Assembly (NCBI GenBank): GCA_905178155.1
Contig: CAJINV010000001.1
Span: forward strand, 357,643-421,642
Reading direction: 5' to 3'
Source of the DNA: Amoebophrya sp. A120
Taxonomy: Eukaryota; Protista; Dinoflagellata
DNA: 64,000 bases
Shown here: piece after piece, positions 10,025 to 21,839 of the stretch
Numbering within the stretch: position 1 is the first letter of the stretch
Layout: every line of letters starts with the position of its first letter
Notes under the pieces: generated by a model
Told to the model about the DNA's origin: nothing
Seen by the model: only the letters and a program-made list of their open reading frames with translations
Databases searched by the model: none
Position numbers and translations under genes: made by a program

Positions 10025-13000
10025 CTAGTTGGTGGAAAAATCAATGGCGTGTCGAGTGTACCAGTCTGCGAGCAAATCGGCAGGAATCCACTCCTTTGCG
10101 CCGCGATTTGTAAAGAGGCTGAGCTTATCAAATGTAAAAGTGTCTGGGTCTGGAAGGATGTAACCTGTGATGCACATTTCAGAACACACAAAAAACTCTC
10201 ATGCATAGGTAGCAAAAGCTGCCCATTTTCTGTCATTAAAGTGGGGGACTTGTCATGCGGGTTCGGCATTGCGGAAGCTTCTCGAAACCTGTGATGCTAG
10301 AGCTTCCATGCCAGACCTTCTGTGTCATGCAGAAACAGCATGACTCTTCCAGACCCAGACATTTTTGCATTTGATAGAGCTCTTTGTCGGCCTCGGCAAC
10401 CGTCATCACGACCAGCTTCAACGGCTCGGGTCGTTCCTCTGGCACCTCTTCTAGGTGGTCTCTGAACATTTCTGTTTCAACTTGCGGTGTCGAGTTTCGA
10501 AAATTATCCGCAGTGGTGTTCTTCTTATTACCTGCACGGCTGGGTAGCTTCCTGCTGTTGGCGACCAGGCGAACCGCCGCCCGGACGGCGTCTCTCACCT
10601 GCGCTACGTCCCCCTCGTCGACGGCCAGTATGCCGCGAATGTTCAATCGGTCGCTCCACTTTTCACAACGCATTAGCATGTGCATCTGGGTGTGGAAAAG
10701 CCGGCGCCACCAGCCCCTCAGGCCCGCGCCGAGCAATTCAAACCGCTCGCGGAAACTATTGCGCTGCGTCTCCGAACGGCTCGTCACGTCGACCACATCG
10801 GCCACAACCAAAACCGGCAGACGCCCCGGGCCGAGAGCGTGCTCGAAGTTCGCGACGGCGGTCGCATTCGCCTCGCGTTGGCTCCAACCGAACCAGCCCT
10901 TCCACCCGTGTGGAAGCCGGCCCGCGTTTTTGAGGGAGTACTCCTTCGCGGCGTCCCACATGCGCCCACTCTCTCCCTCGCCCGTGCACTCGTTCATTCG
11001 AAAAGAAAGGGGCGCCGCTGCGACAACGGTCGGGCGCACGTCTGTAGTCAGGTTGAACCATTGTTTTTGGGCGTCTGCCATCTGCACCCGCTCACCACCA
11101 AAGAAGTCGATGCCGTTTTATGCAAATAAAAATGAACTAGTGTTACTGCAGTTCTTACACACTGTGAGGCAGCAAGACACACAACCTCTGTCATGCCCGA
11201 AGTGCTTGATGCGCATCTCTTTCCATGCTGGCCAGGGGCGATTTCACTTATGACCTCCGCATTGGTTGGTAATTGCAAGTTTGCTTTGGCACAGCGCAAA
11301 TTTGTGTTGCCAAGTGTGACTGCAGCACTACTCTTTGTTCGCTTTCTCTTTGATACCTTGCGCTGCAAAAACATTGTCCCAGCGAGCTGGGCGTTCGTGA
11401 ACAGGATCGCAGACACCACATGATAAATCGCGACACCGACGAGCGACCAGGGAGTTGGAAACAGTAGGTCGTCGTCTGTGCGCCTCACCAGCTCTAGGGC
11501 CCGATCGATCTCCGGCAGAGATGCGGAATGGAACATTTCGTCCAAGTACTCGTCATTCATTCTGGTACACCTTTCCAGCAATGCCGCGCTTTCGTTCACC
11601 ACCCGGGCCAAGTCGGTTGCGTTCACCGCCCACCGGAACATGGTGGCCCAGGACCTCTCTTCGCTTCCGATAGTTGTATTTTGAGCGGCGAAGTGGAAGT
11701 CAGTGCTGCTATTATCGTTTGGTTGAAAGCGGCGCGCGTGCAAAGCGTCCCAAGATGTGATCGAATTTGCGTAGTACTTCTCGTCCTCGTACGGCGGGTC
11801 ATATACGTGCCCAGTATCGTGACGACGCGCGGCCCAGGAAACCCATTTGTTATCGCTTCGGTCGAGCCTAGAAATGAAATTTTGACGCGGGAGAGAGTCT
11901 CCGCCAAGTGGCGAGCGTTTGATCACCTCCGCGTACTTGCGCGCCAGCTCCACTGCCCGGCGCTCGTCGACTACGATGACAAACTTCTCCCCCGCTTCAG
12001 TTCTGTTCAGCAGGGCCTCCTGTTCGGCGTCGTAGGAATCAGTGGGCACGCACTTTGGTTGCAGTAGTTCTCGGGGTTCCGCGCCTACTTCGCGAGCTGC
12101 CGCAAGCGCAAGAAAATCGCCATCCGCTGGAAAAACACTTGGCGAGGTTAACGTCATTTTCCAGCCGCTGCAATATAATTCACGACCTCCGGATTGTTCT
12201 ACCGCAGTGCTGTTACGCGTCTCATTTTCGCGGCTGTTATGATGATGTCCTGTGTCTACAGCTCCGCTCCGCGTCTCTTCATCGCCGGAACCGGAGGGCA
12301 GCGGCCTCCTCTTCATTTGACAAGGACAGTCAGTCTGCCACTGCAAAACCTGCAGACTGATCGCTGAGCCTTTCGGTTTTTGTCGCGCGAGCAGCTCTGC
12401 GTTGGCTTGCCGTAGGCGCTCCGCCATCGGATTCGTATGGAAGCGTCAGGTTTGAAATTCTCAAAGTTGAAAAAAAAATCTAGGTATGGCGTTTTATATA
12501 GAACTCTTAATACAAAACTAACATAAGTATCTATTTGGCGTGTTTATCTAGCTAGTTCAAAACTGCGCCCGCGGATGCGTCACGCATCCGCGGGCGCAGT
12601 TTTGAGCTAGCTAGTTAATCATCTGATAAACGCCACATGCATGCACGCCATAAGTAGTGTATTATTAAGGTACCTTAAAATTTTTTTTCAACTTTGAGCA
12701 TTTCAATCCTGACATGCCCATAATTGGCGCTGATTACGTAGTCGCAGATCTCGTTCTTGCATATGGAAGACGAAAGCGCCGCACCCGATGAATTCCGTTT
12801 TTCGCCAAAAACTACACCACTCAACTCCATCAGCGAAGAATCTCCTGCAATCTGTAGTTCTTCTCCTTCTTCGCTTCCATGAGGAGCAGCCGTACTTCCC
12901 GACGGCAACATCCTCCCGGCTTGATGTACAACTCTTCCCGATGTCCGACCTACTCCGCCTTGCTGCTGCAAACCTGCTACGCTTGTTGTCGCCTCGCCAT

Positions 13001-13490
13001 GATCGTCGCCGGAGGCATGATCGACGGAGTGCAGCGACTCGTAGCCCAAGTCTTGGTCCACGTCTTGGTCCTTCTCTTCCCGATTCGCATTTTCTGGAGC
13101 AGCAGGAGGCTCCCAAGTCGTTGAGCCGCCTGGGCCAACCGCGACCCGCAGAAAACTTTGCGGAGTGGAGATCGGCAGCGGAATTGCAACTGCAGGACCA
13201 CCTTGCTCTTCTTGCGCCGGAAAAGTTTCAGCCTCATCACTGTCTGATGGCTGTTCGATCTCTCCTGCGCCTTCCCGCGTCGATGAGGAGAACGTGGCTG
13301 GTAAAGAACTGCTCGACTTCTGCGCGGCTCTTTCCTGCCGTACAGCAGCTTCAGCGAGATACCAACACTTCTGTTTCATCTCCAGTGGAAAAAGTACCAA
13401 ACTCGTACGTTGAAACAGACGTAGTAGAAAGCCATAGTACAACATGGAGAAGCGCGAGCAGCCGCCCGCTCGTCTAAAAAACAAAATCAT
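10025..13490 (-). CDS. Array gene copy A, complete, 4 exons, diverged 5' part
   Basis: The 271-aa and 459-aa ORFs are joined in frame (ISANPMAERL) by removing 12436-12722. Downstream introns are as in copy B. Stop at 10025. Confidence 0.82.
10126..10376 (-). mobile_element. Introner element (TATCAAAT family), copy in unit A
   Basis: Same as 3177-3427. Confidence 0.92.
11119..11355 (-). mobile_element. Degenerate introner element, copy in unit A
   Basis: Same as 4170-4406. Confidence 0.75.
12436..12722 (-). mobile_element. Introner element (TATGG-type, distinct from 1026-1416), 287 bp
   Basis: Imperfect ~43-bp TIR TATGGAAGCGTCAGGTTTGAAATTCTCAAAGTTGAAAAAAAAAT. TSD ATTCG/ATTGG. Absent from the paralogous copies. 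Central 67-bp palindrome. Confidence 0.9.
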
Positions 13491-13940
13491 CTCTCTGGAA
13501 CAATGGTCGCCGCACTTCTAGTTGCGACTAAAGCTGCACTGTACCAGTTGGGATCCAGACGGACGTGATGATGATGAAGAAGATGGCATGACTGTCAGTT
13601 TTATTTGTGTTTCTGATGGCCTTACACACGTAACGTCCTCCTCGCGGACTACGACTAGTGTGTCTATCCTTGGACGCTTACAGAACCTTAGTGGTCACGA
13701 CTATGCTAGTAATGCTCCTGCTTCCACAATGGCTCTAATCTGAATAAGTACGGAAAGACGACCCGAAGCGGACGACCTGGAACAAGCCTGCCTCCGACTC
13801 GTATCAGAAAATTTGCGCTCCATGTTCCTCTCTCGAAAGGCCTCGCAAACACCGAGTGATTCCAGATGATCCTGCCACAAACGATTAACCTCGTAGCGAT
13901 GGCGCGTAACTAACGATCGTTGTCGATACTGTTGTAAAAT

Positions 13941-14429
13941 GGGGCCCCCTAATGGGGAACCCTAAACCCTGAAACCTAAACCAAACCCGGGGAGATCCCG
14001 CCGCGACGGATGCCCATCTTGTCAAGTGCGATCCCTACATGCATAGTTTTTTGGAAAAGGAAAGCAAAAAGAGAAGGATGAAGCAAAAAAAATTGAGCGA
14101 GGCGAGCGAATCTCTCGGCGGCCTATGAAGGACAATCCAGTGGCCAACCGGAAGTCCAACACAGTAGGGCTTCAGCTGCGCTGGCTCTAAACCTGTACAG
14201 AGTACAGACCTACGTACGTATGCGCCACACCTTCTCTCATCCGAAGTCGGGACGCATCCGAACTCTAAGCAAAGCGAGAAAACGATAAGGCAAGCGAGGA
14301 GCGATCCAACTCGGGCATGCGAATCAGGTAGAAGAGAGAAACCGAAAAAGCGAGCTTTTCCGAGGACCGACAAAGCATCTCATCACTGTGCAAAAACTCA
14401 TATCCCTCATCACTGTGCAAAAACTCATA
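13941..14429. mobile_element. 489-bp retroposon-like insertion with 18-bp TSD
   Basis: Flanked by TCGATACTGTTGTAAAAT at 13923-13940 and 14430-14447. The paralogous site in the other units is empty. Telomere-like CCCTAAA repeats near one end and a 27-bp tandem duplication at the other. Confidence 0.8.
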
Positions 14430-14948
14430 TCGATACTGTTGTAAAATAATCATAATCAAACAAGAAAACGAAGACAACTACATGCCAGCACGTAATATCA
14501 CGAAATATCACGAAAATATCACGAGGCTCCTGACGAAATATCACGAAAATCCCCCTGGTCCCTATGCTCCTGATCTTCCTGCAAGATGCCCGACGAAATT
14601 CTAGCTGCTCGAAAGAAAGTATCCAGAAGGATACTTCCGATAAACCCCTTCAAACTGCGGCGCATTAACGAGGAACAGCATTCACGACTTCGTTGCGTAT
14701 CACAGCGCGGATTCGCGGAAACATCGGGTTTGAAGAGGTACTTAGCGACCACCAAAACGTAAAATATACTCAGCACGACTTCCACTCAAAAGATGTGGAG
14801 CTATCGCTTCCGGAAAAGAAAAAATAGAAGTAGAACTGACAAATGCCCGAGCTGTGTCTTTCTTGTCCCATGATCTTCAAATGCATATCTTATACCATCT
14901 TCATTTTTCTTGAGACGAAACTAAAGTGCGTCCCTGCAGTCGTGGCCC

Positions 14949-16416
14949 TCATAATTGTTCCCCCGTATCCCCGCCAATGACCTCTGTCCACATCTTCTCG
15001 CAGAATTCCGTGGCGGCGGTCTCGCGGTTTTCCCAGTCCGCCTTCATCGCCGACTCCAAAGTGGTCACTAGCCCGTCGCAGGTTCCCTTTGCGTCCGCCG
15101 GAGCTCCCGCGCACATCTTCTTGCCGTAGTCTGGGCCGGATTTCGCTTTGAACTGCAAATAATTTGAAGCAAGTGCTTTGTTTCTCATATTTGTTATGGG
15201 CACCATTGTGTTTTTTTTTTCAATGCTGTCTCACTAGAACCCGAGTGCCCAGATCATGTGCAGCTCCTTCGACAAATGAGCAGACTCGTATCTCTGATGT
15301 CTACCTCGAACTAGAAGACAAGCATCACCGTCATCATTTATCCTGCACTTGGGGGGGACGTGCGGAGGGGTTGATGGGGTTCAAGTTCACAATGAATAAA
15401 ACAAAGCTTTGTAACTCGTACCAACGACGGCCTGAGCACCCCATTTTTGCAGTCGACGTTGAAGAGAATCTGAAACACGCTTTTGAAGGCCTCTGCCTCG
15501 TTAATCTGCACTTCCTGGCACTTGCCCGCCCAGTCCTCCCACACCTCGTTTACAATGTCGCACTTGACCCAGAAAAACATGTTGTGCCCGGCCCCGTAGC
15601 TGCCTCCGTCCCGGCCGTCCAACGAGTACCCCTCAGCGCACTGGTATTGTGCGCCTTTCACCGGGTATACTGAGTAAAAACGTCCCCATACCATACTTAG
15701 TCAAGATCCGCTAGACAAATCAACCAGCTATGGTTGTTTCGCATGACAGGTTTGTCCTGGTAGTGTAAACCTGTTTAGCTAGTTCCGAAGCAGCACAGAT
15801 CTAGCATATCATGCTGATTCTAGCATCACAAATTCCAAAACACGACTCGAAGATGCAGATGGTTCTCATGAGGCTCCGCATGAGGAACTTTTTTGGCATG
15901 CAAATTTGCATCACAACTCTGGGGTGGGAACGTTTTGACTTCGGATACCGGGTCCGTGATGTTCGCAAACACCGCGTTGTGATTCTCCGGTCGGGGTGCC
16001 GGGCACCGGGGTTTCGGCACGCACCCGTACTCCTCGATGACCGTTTTGAAGTACCCCGCTTCCTGGCAAACCATCTTGGGCGGCTCGCCGACAAAGCCCT
16101 TCTGGCAGGCCAGTTGCAGTTCGTACCCCGGGTCAAACTCGTCCTTCCGCGTGTCGTCGCGGGGAATGTACGTGTTCTTGGGGAAAACGGTCGGCATAAT
16201 GCACTTGACGTCCTTGGTACTATGATGTGTCTCTTCGCGGCGACGGGCATTTGATATTTTTGAACTTGTACCGCTACGCTTGGAACTACCGAAAAACAAC
16301 CGGGAAGTCGACACAGAGGAGGTTCCAGAAGTCCTCGCAGAAACCTCCTGCGTCACAGCGAGGAACACCGTGAGGCGTCCAATTCTCCCCCGCGTCTCCC
16401 GACGCCGCCCCACCAT
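14949..16416 (-). CDS. Probable secreted protein with two Sushi/CCP-like modules and a C-terminal saposin-like helical module
   Basis: Motifs C..P.FPKN...F.PG...LACQKGFVG.P.KMVC and CPAPRPENH...YQCAEGYSLDG...C....W.....C. Introns 15666-15947 (introner) and ~15153-15439 (GT-AG) restore the frame. The start codon is uncertain. Confidence 0.65.
15666..15947 (-). mobile_element. Introner element, 282 bp, non-canonical intron
   Basis: TIR TATACTGAGTAAAAACGTCCCCA vs TATCCGAAGTCAAAACGTTCCCA. Perfect TSD CCGGG. Removal gives ITDPVKGAQYQC. Confidence 0.88.
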
Positions 16417-17113
16417 GATTGGAGGACCTCGACCGGAGGAAGTTCTCGCCTGTGGACTAAAATTTGGAACGGACGAGGAAATGGCAAGTTGTTGAGTTTC
16501 TGTCTCGAAGAAAAATTGTTGACCCTTCTCGAACAACAATCAAAAATTGTAGCATCAAACTGGTCACGGAAGATCTTCTTCTTTTTTCCCGAACAACGAC
16601 AGGCTGGAAAATTTGGCCAGTTGCTTCAGACTATGCGCGGCGAAGGGAATTCGTTCAATTTGTCGTTGAAATTTTCGTTCCAAGCAATGTGACTTGTTTC
16701 CCGGAGACAACGGGAAAGCAAAAGATAAAGATTTGCGGTGGCAATGTCCTCGACTGATGCTCACCGCAGAGCGCACCATGCGGAATCACACGAGAAAGGG
16801 GTAGGGAAAAGTCGCGCAAGACAACAGAAAGTGAGAAGATAAAACTACACATTGCAGCTGGTAGAATGATCTACAGAAAGATTAACATATGCTGTGCTGG
16901 GGGTAGAAAAATTCATCACTGAAGTAGACGTAGAGCAAGTTCACTTGCAAACCACTTCAAGAATACTTCGTATGTATATCGTGTAGAGGTACAACACGAG
17001 GTACGTTCAAGTTGATTGCATAGAAATACGCGCAATGGGACTAAAGTACTTCAAAAAGTAGTATGAAATTCACAGAGGCCGTGGCTATTTCCAGAACTTT
17101 CCTACTTTTCATT

Positions 17114-20100
17114 TTATGCATATTTCGCGTCTTTCGTGACAAACCACAAATTTAGCACAAACACCACGTACAGGACAGCGAAGACCGTTGTCGTGTTGCT
17201 ATCCAGCGTGTACTCTCGCACGGCAGCCCAGCCCACCAACAGGAGTAGCGTCCCCGCCATCCAGATCGTGCCGCACTCCAGGCCCGGGGAACGCAAGGGG
17301 ATCGTCACGACGCTTCCACTACTGGCGAAGACGTAGCACTTGAGGAACCAGGGCAGAGCCAACGCCACAAATGCATTCTGCACGTTTGACCCCAGCGCGT
17401 TCGCGATCGCCATGTTGCTCTTCCCGTCCTTGTATCAAATGCAAAAGTGTCTGGGTCTGGAAGATTCTGAGACTTGCCATGCATGTTTTGTATGACCCAG
17501 AATGTCTGTACTGCACGACCTAGCATCACAGATTTTTAGAGGGCTTCCTGATGCCTATTCCGCATTACAAATGCCCTCTCCACGTAGCACAGTCTGGGCT
17601 CCTCTTCCTGGTCATGCAATACAGATTTTTTTGGAGTCCAAAGATAGCATGACAAGTTTGGATCCTTCCAAACCCAGACATTTTTACAGTTGATACCTTG
17701 CTCGCCAAAAAAGAGGCCCACACGTTCGGCAAGGAGGTTCCCGCGGCACAGAGCGTGGCCCCCAGGAAGCCGACGGGGATTTGGTACGCTTTGGCCAGGT
17801 GCTGGACGGTGGAAACCATCAGGTTGGAGAAAATCCCGAGCCACAGCATGGACAACAAAAAGCACCAGTACCACCGGTGCTGGCGACTCGTCTCCTTCGG
17901 GTCGCACCAGCTCATGGTGATATCGTACAGAAAGTTGATCGGCGCTTCAAACACGAGCAGTAACTTCCGCGCGGTGCCGATGGTCTCCTCCTGCAAGTCG
18001 TTGGTTAAGTCCATCAAAGCGTCATTTGACATCACGCTCGCCCGCCGCCGCAACTTGGTGCTGGCGACGCGAGGAAGCATCTGCGGACTGGATTCGGTCG
18101 AGGAAGCGATCGACGACCGCAAAATCGGTACTACTGGTGGATTGTTATTCCTGTAACCGCTCAACACCTGGATTCGCTCCGGCGGGGCGTGTGCTGGTCT
18201 ACTGTTGCTATTCATTTTGTAGGTCGTAGTACCATTGTTGTATCTACTTTTTTCTTCAAGCGAAAGAAAGTTGTCGCCGCTCCCTGCGGTCGTGGTCCCT
18301 GAGGTAGTTATTTGCTGGCGACGTGCAAGTTGTGAAGAAGAACCGGGCCGGTTGTAGTAGTTACCGTCATCGCTACTGGCCGTAGTTCCGGATGTCGCGA
18401 GATTGGGGCCCTGCTGCATGTAGATCGGGAGATTGTACTTGAACGGTCCACCGCTGGTGCCCTGAGTTTGCGATGGTCTAGCTGGAAGTGGTTGTTGTGC
18501 GGTCATCTCAATACGAGCGGAAGTGGACCCCAGATGAACGTCGTGTTCTGACGGTGCCGAACCCCCTGCTCCACCAACAAATTGGCCCGCACCCTGCAGC
18601 TGCTGCCCCGGTGTAGTTGTAGTAATACTTCCCGGGCCCCCGATCTGACCCCCGATGCCGAAGGTCATCTGCGTTCTGCGCAGCTTGGCCTGCTCCTCCA
18701 ACTCGCACTCCACTGGCAACAGGTCGCGAATCAACCGCTCCTTGTCCTCGAAGCGCGCGAACTCCAGCACTAGCACGACTTTCTCGCCGTAGCTCCCTCG
18801 CACCTGCACTTGCACCTTACGGCTGCTGGGGTCCGCGTCTTTGAGGCAAATAATGTCATCGGAAGAAACCCCGGTGGTTTGGTGCCGTGCGTACGTCTTC
18901 GTATACTTTTTCGCCTGTTTCTTCGGACTCTGACTACCCGCTTGGTTGTGGTTGTTGTTTCTTTCCGTGTTCGGACTGATTTTTTCTGCTCCAGGAAAAA
19001 ACTGCTCCGGGGGAGGGGCCGTCTGATTGTATCGGTTGTACGGCTGAACATTATTTATTGCTGCCGTCGACAGGTTCTTATTTCCGCCATAATTGCTCTG
19101 TTCCGTGCTGGTGCGCGAAAATCCACCAGACAGCTGCTTTTGAAGGAGCGGCTGTTGCAAGGGATGATGTTTCGTAACCTTATTACTCTGTCGCTGTTGT
19201 CCACCACCAGTACCAGCCAAAGCCTGATACAGCATGCCGCCCTCGGTGGCGGTTCCAATACTGCTTCGCATCGTTCCGTCAGAGGACTCTGCTGACTGGC
19301 TCAGCTGCTTCTCCTTAAGATTGTAAAAACCTTGATTTTCCTGCTTTGCCGCTACTTCGAAGGGAACACTTATCCCGTTCGCTGCTCCTGGATAGGTACT
19401 GGTGTGGTGCAACATTGCGACGTGGTCACCACCACCACTAGCCTGGTAAGCCTCTATGCGCGGCATGTCTGGGATGTCGTCACTGTCCTTCCGTGAAGAG
19501 GCGGGCAGCGACGGGCTCCGGCGCTGGATCACACCAGTCGCATTGTCTTGCTTCCACACCCCACCAGGTCTGGTGCCATTCTGCGCAAGAAATGGCTTGT
19601 CGAAGTGCGCAGGACCTCCGGTCCACTTATTGTTCTGGTCCATCTGCGATTTGAGTTTCAGCTGTAAGCCGGTGATGAAAATCTTGCCGTCCTTCCGCAC
19701 GAGCAGGTGGTCGTGGAACCGACTGTCGTGGGAATCGATCATCCGATTCCGCCGGATCACCTTCACCCGCACGCGCGCGACCTCTGCGCCGTCCCGCAGC
19801 ATTTTGGGCGGGACTTGCTGCATCAAGGATTCTTGCCCGAATTCCGGCGAGGCCACGACGTGCTTCGCCCGTTGCAGCGGGCTGCTGTCGGTGCTACCAC
19901 CGCTCGTCGCCCCGCCGATGGAAGAGGGCGGCGGCCGAAGATACAGGGTGTTGCTGTAGTTGCTCTTGCTGTCGGCCGTGCTCTGGGATGAACTGCCGAA
20001 AAGCAATGGCGCAGTTAACGGAGCTACGGTGGCCGCGGTCGTCCTTTCCGATGGCGCTTGCTGTAGTCCAGCTGCCGGTTGGCTGCTGTAGGTTGAAGTT

Positions 20101-21839
20101 CTTGACGCGCGAGAAAGTGGGAGCTGCGGCAAAGGTGAATTCTTCACACTACTTCTTCGGATGGACGGCAACTGCAATGTGCTGAACGCTCCTCCGAGCG
20201 GAGGAGATGATGAATTCGTCTGCGCAATTATTTGTTCCCCGACTGCTGCTGCAGGAACTAAAGGAGGTTTGTTTTCCTTGTCTTGTTCCGTGAAAATTTC
20301 GCTCTGTTTCTGTTCCGGCGAGGCAGCTATTCCGAACAAGTTGTCGATGTCCGAGAGACCGGGGCGGTTCGCGGATTCCTGTCGGTTCTGCGCGAATGTG
20401 ACGGGGTCCTCGATGCTGCTGTCTACTGAGGCCTGGATGAACGATCCCTGCCGGCTGTCGTCCTTGCTGTTTAGCTCCTGCCTGTCGAACAATTCCTTAA
20501 ATTTCGCTTCCTTTTCCTGTTGCACATCAGTCGCGGTAGTTGTGACACCTGCGCGTTCACCTGCTCGCGCAGAAGCTGCGGAATTGTTGTTCGCTGCGCT
20601 CCCAGCATTCGCGTTCGACGTCGTCCCTAGAGCGAAATAGTTGAAGGCGGAGTCCTCGTTTGTTCCTCCCGCCGCCCCGGGTACAACGGCCAACGCTCCG
20701 CTCACATCTTGCGAGAGTGTCGGCGCGAGCACGAGCGTATCGAAGGATCCCGGGATGAAGGGCGCGGACGAGGTGAGTTGCTCGTTGATCTCCGTGATCT
20801 TGCTCAATTGCTTCGCGCGGAATTGTTCGAGACCACCCAACTGGTCTCCTCCGGCGGATGCTGGTCCTTCGGCGGAGGCAGTTCTGGAGCCGGCGTTGAG
20901 AATCTCCTCTTCCAGTTCCGCATTGTCGTCCTCCTCCGTGGTATCGTCCTCTGGGAAAAAATACGCCGTTGAGCCCACGCAAACCGCGTACAAAATCGCG
21001 CAGCTAAGCAAGACCCCGCTGTCGACTGCGCCCACTTCTCCCTTGAAGAAGAGATAAGCTAGTAGCACGATGGAGAGGGCGTAGAAGCCGCAATCGCGGC
21101 GAAAGGAGACCACCGAGAGCTCCAGGGGCATCTCCGGGCACGCGTACACCGCCGCGGCCACGATGGCCAGCAGGTTGAACACCTGCGTGCCGACCACCTG
21201 CGTGACCCCGACGTCCGAGGGAATCAGGAAGAGCGATACCAAATTCGTGATCAGCTCCGGGCCGTTGCACCCCAGAGCGAGGAGCGTCGCCCCGGCCACG
21301 TCCTCGGGAATGTCAAATTCCTCTACCACCACCTCGATGGCGGGCACCAGCCACTCGTCCGTGACGGAAACTTGGGCGTAGAAAATGTAAATCACGACCA
21401 GCCACCAAATCCAGCGCCCGTCCTCCTCGACGATCTTGATTTTCTCCTCCACTTCCTCATCCGTTCTTGCGCGGTTGTCGCTGTCTTCAGCCGGAGTTGA
21501 GGATGTCAAGAGGAGCTGCGCAAGGTCCTGCTGTTCCGAAGTCGTGGACGACTGTGATTGCTTTTCTGTGCTGTCATCAACATCTTCATCTGCTCCGGAG
21601 ATCTTGGCGCTTGTTGCAATAAGGAGAACTGCTGGGGGTCGCTTATTTGGTTCTACTACTTCAGTCGCGTTTGCAAGGGCTACGCTTTGACTTTCAGCAG
21701 GACCTGACGTTGCACCGCTGCTCGTGTCCGGATTTTTCATGGTCGCCGACGCGGCTCTCGCATGCTCCGGGCAGAGCACGAGTATGTTGCTAGCCGATGC
21801 CTGGATCAGCAGCAGAAACTTTCGTACAGCAGACAGCAT
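17114..21839 (-). CDS. Cation/Ca2+ exchanger, NCKX (SLC24)-like, with very long cytosolic loop
   Basis: Alpha-1 repeat DVAGATLLALGCNGPEL...GTQVFNLL. Alpha-2 repeat GATLCAAGTSLPN...ASKDGKSNMAIANALGSNVQN, reconstituted across the introner at 17433-17695. Confidence 0.92.
17433..17695 (-). mobile_element. Introner element (TATCAAAT family), 263 bp
   Basis: TIR TATCAAATGCAAAAGTGTCTGGGTCTGGAAG. Perfect TSD CCTTG. Forms a GT...AG intron that splits the conserved alpha-2 motif. Confidence 0.95.

Larger units (their letters stand above)
1..14721. repeat. Tandem segmental gene array, unit 4442 bp, at least 4 copies (D partial, C partly in gap, B complete, A partly diverged)
   Basis: Identical ORF sets recur at offsets of 4442 (5222 to 9664) and 6949 (1352 to 8301). 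Homology to the unit ends at ~14721. Confidence 0.95.

Noticed and set aside
15150-15455. ACTGCAAA/TTTGCAGT inverted repeat as an introner
   Set aside because: Only 8 bp, with no TAT ends or TSD; a canonical GT-AG intron explains the region.
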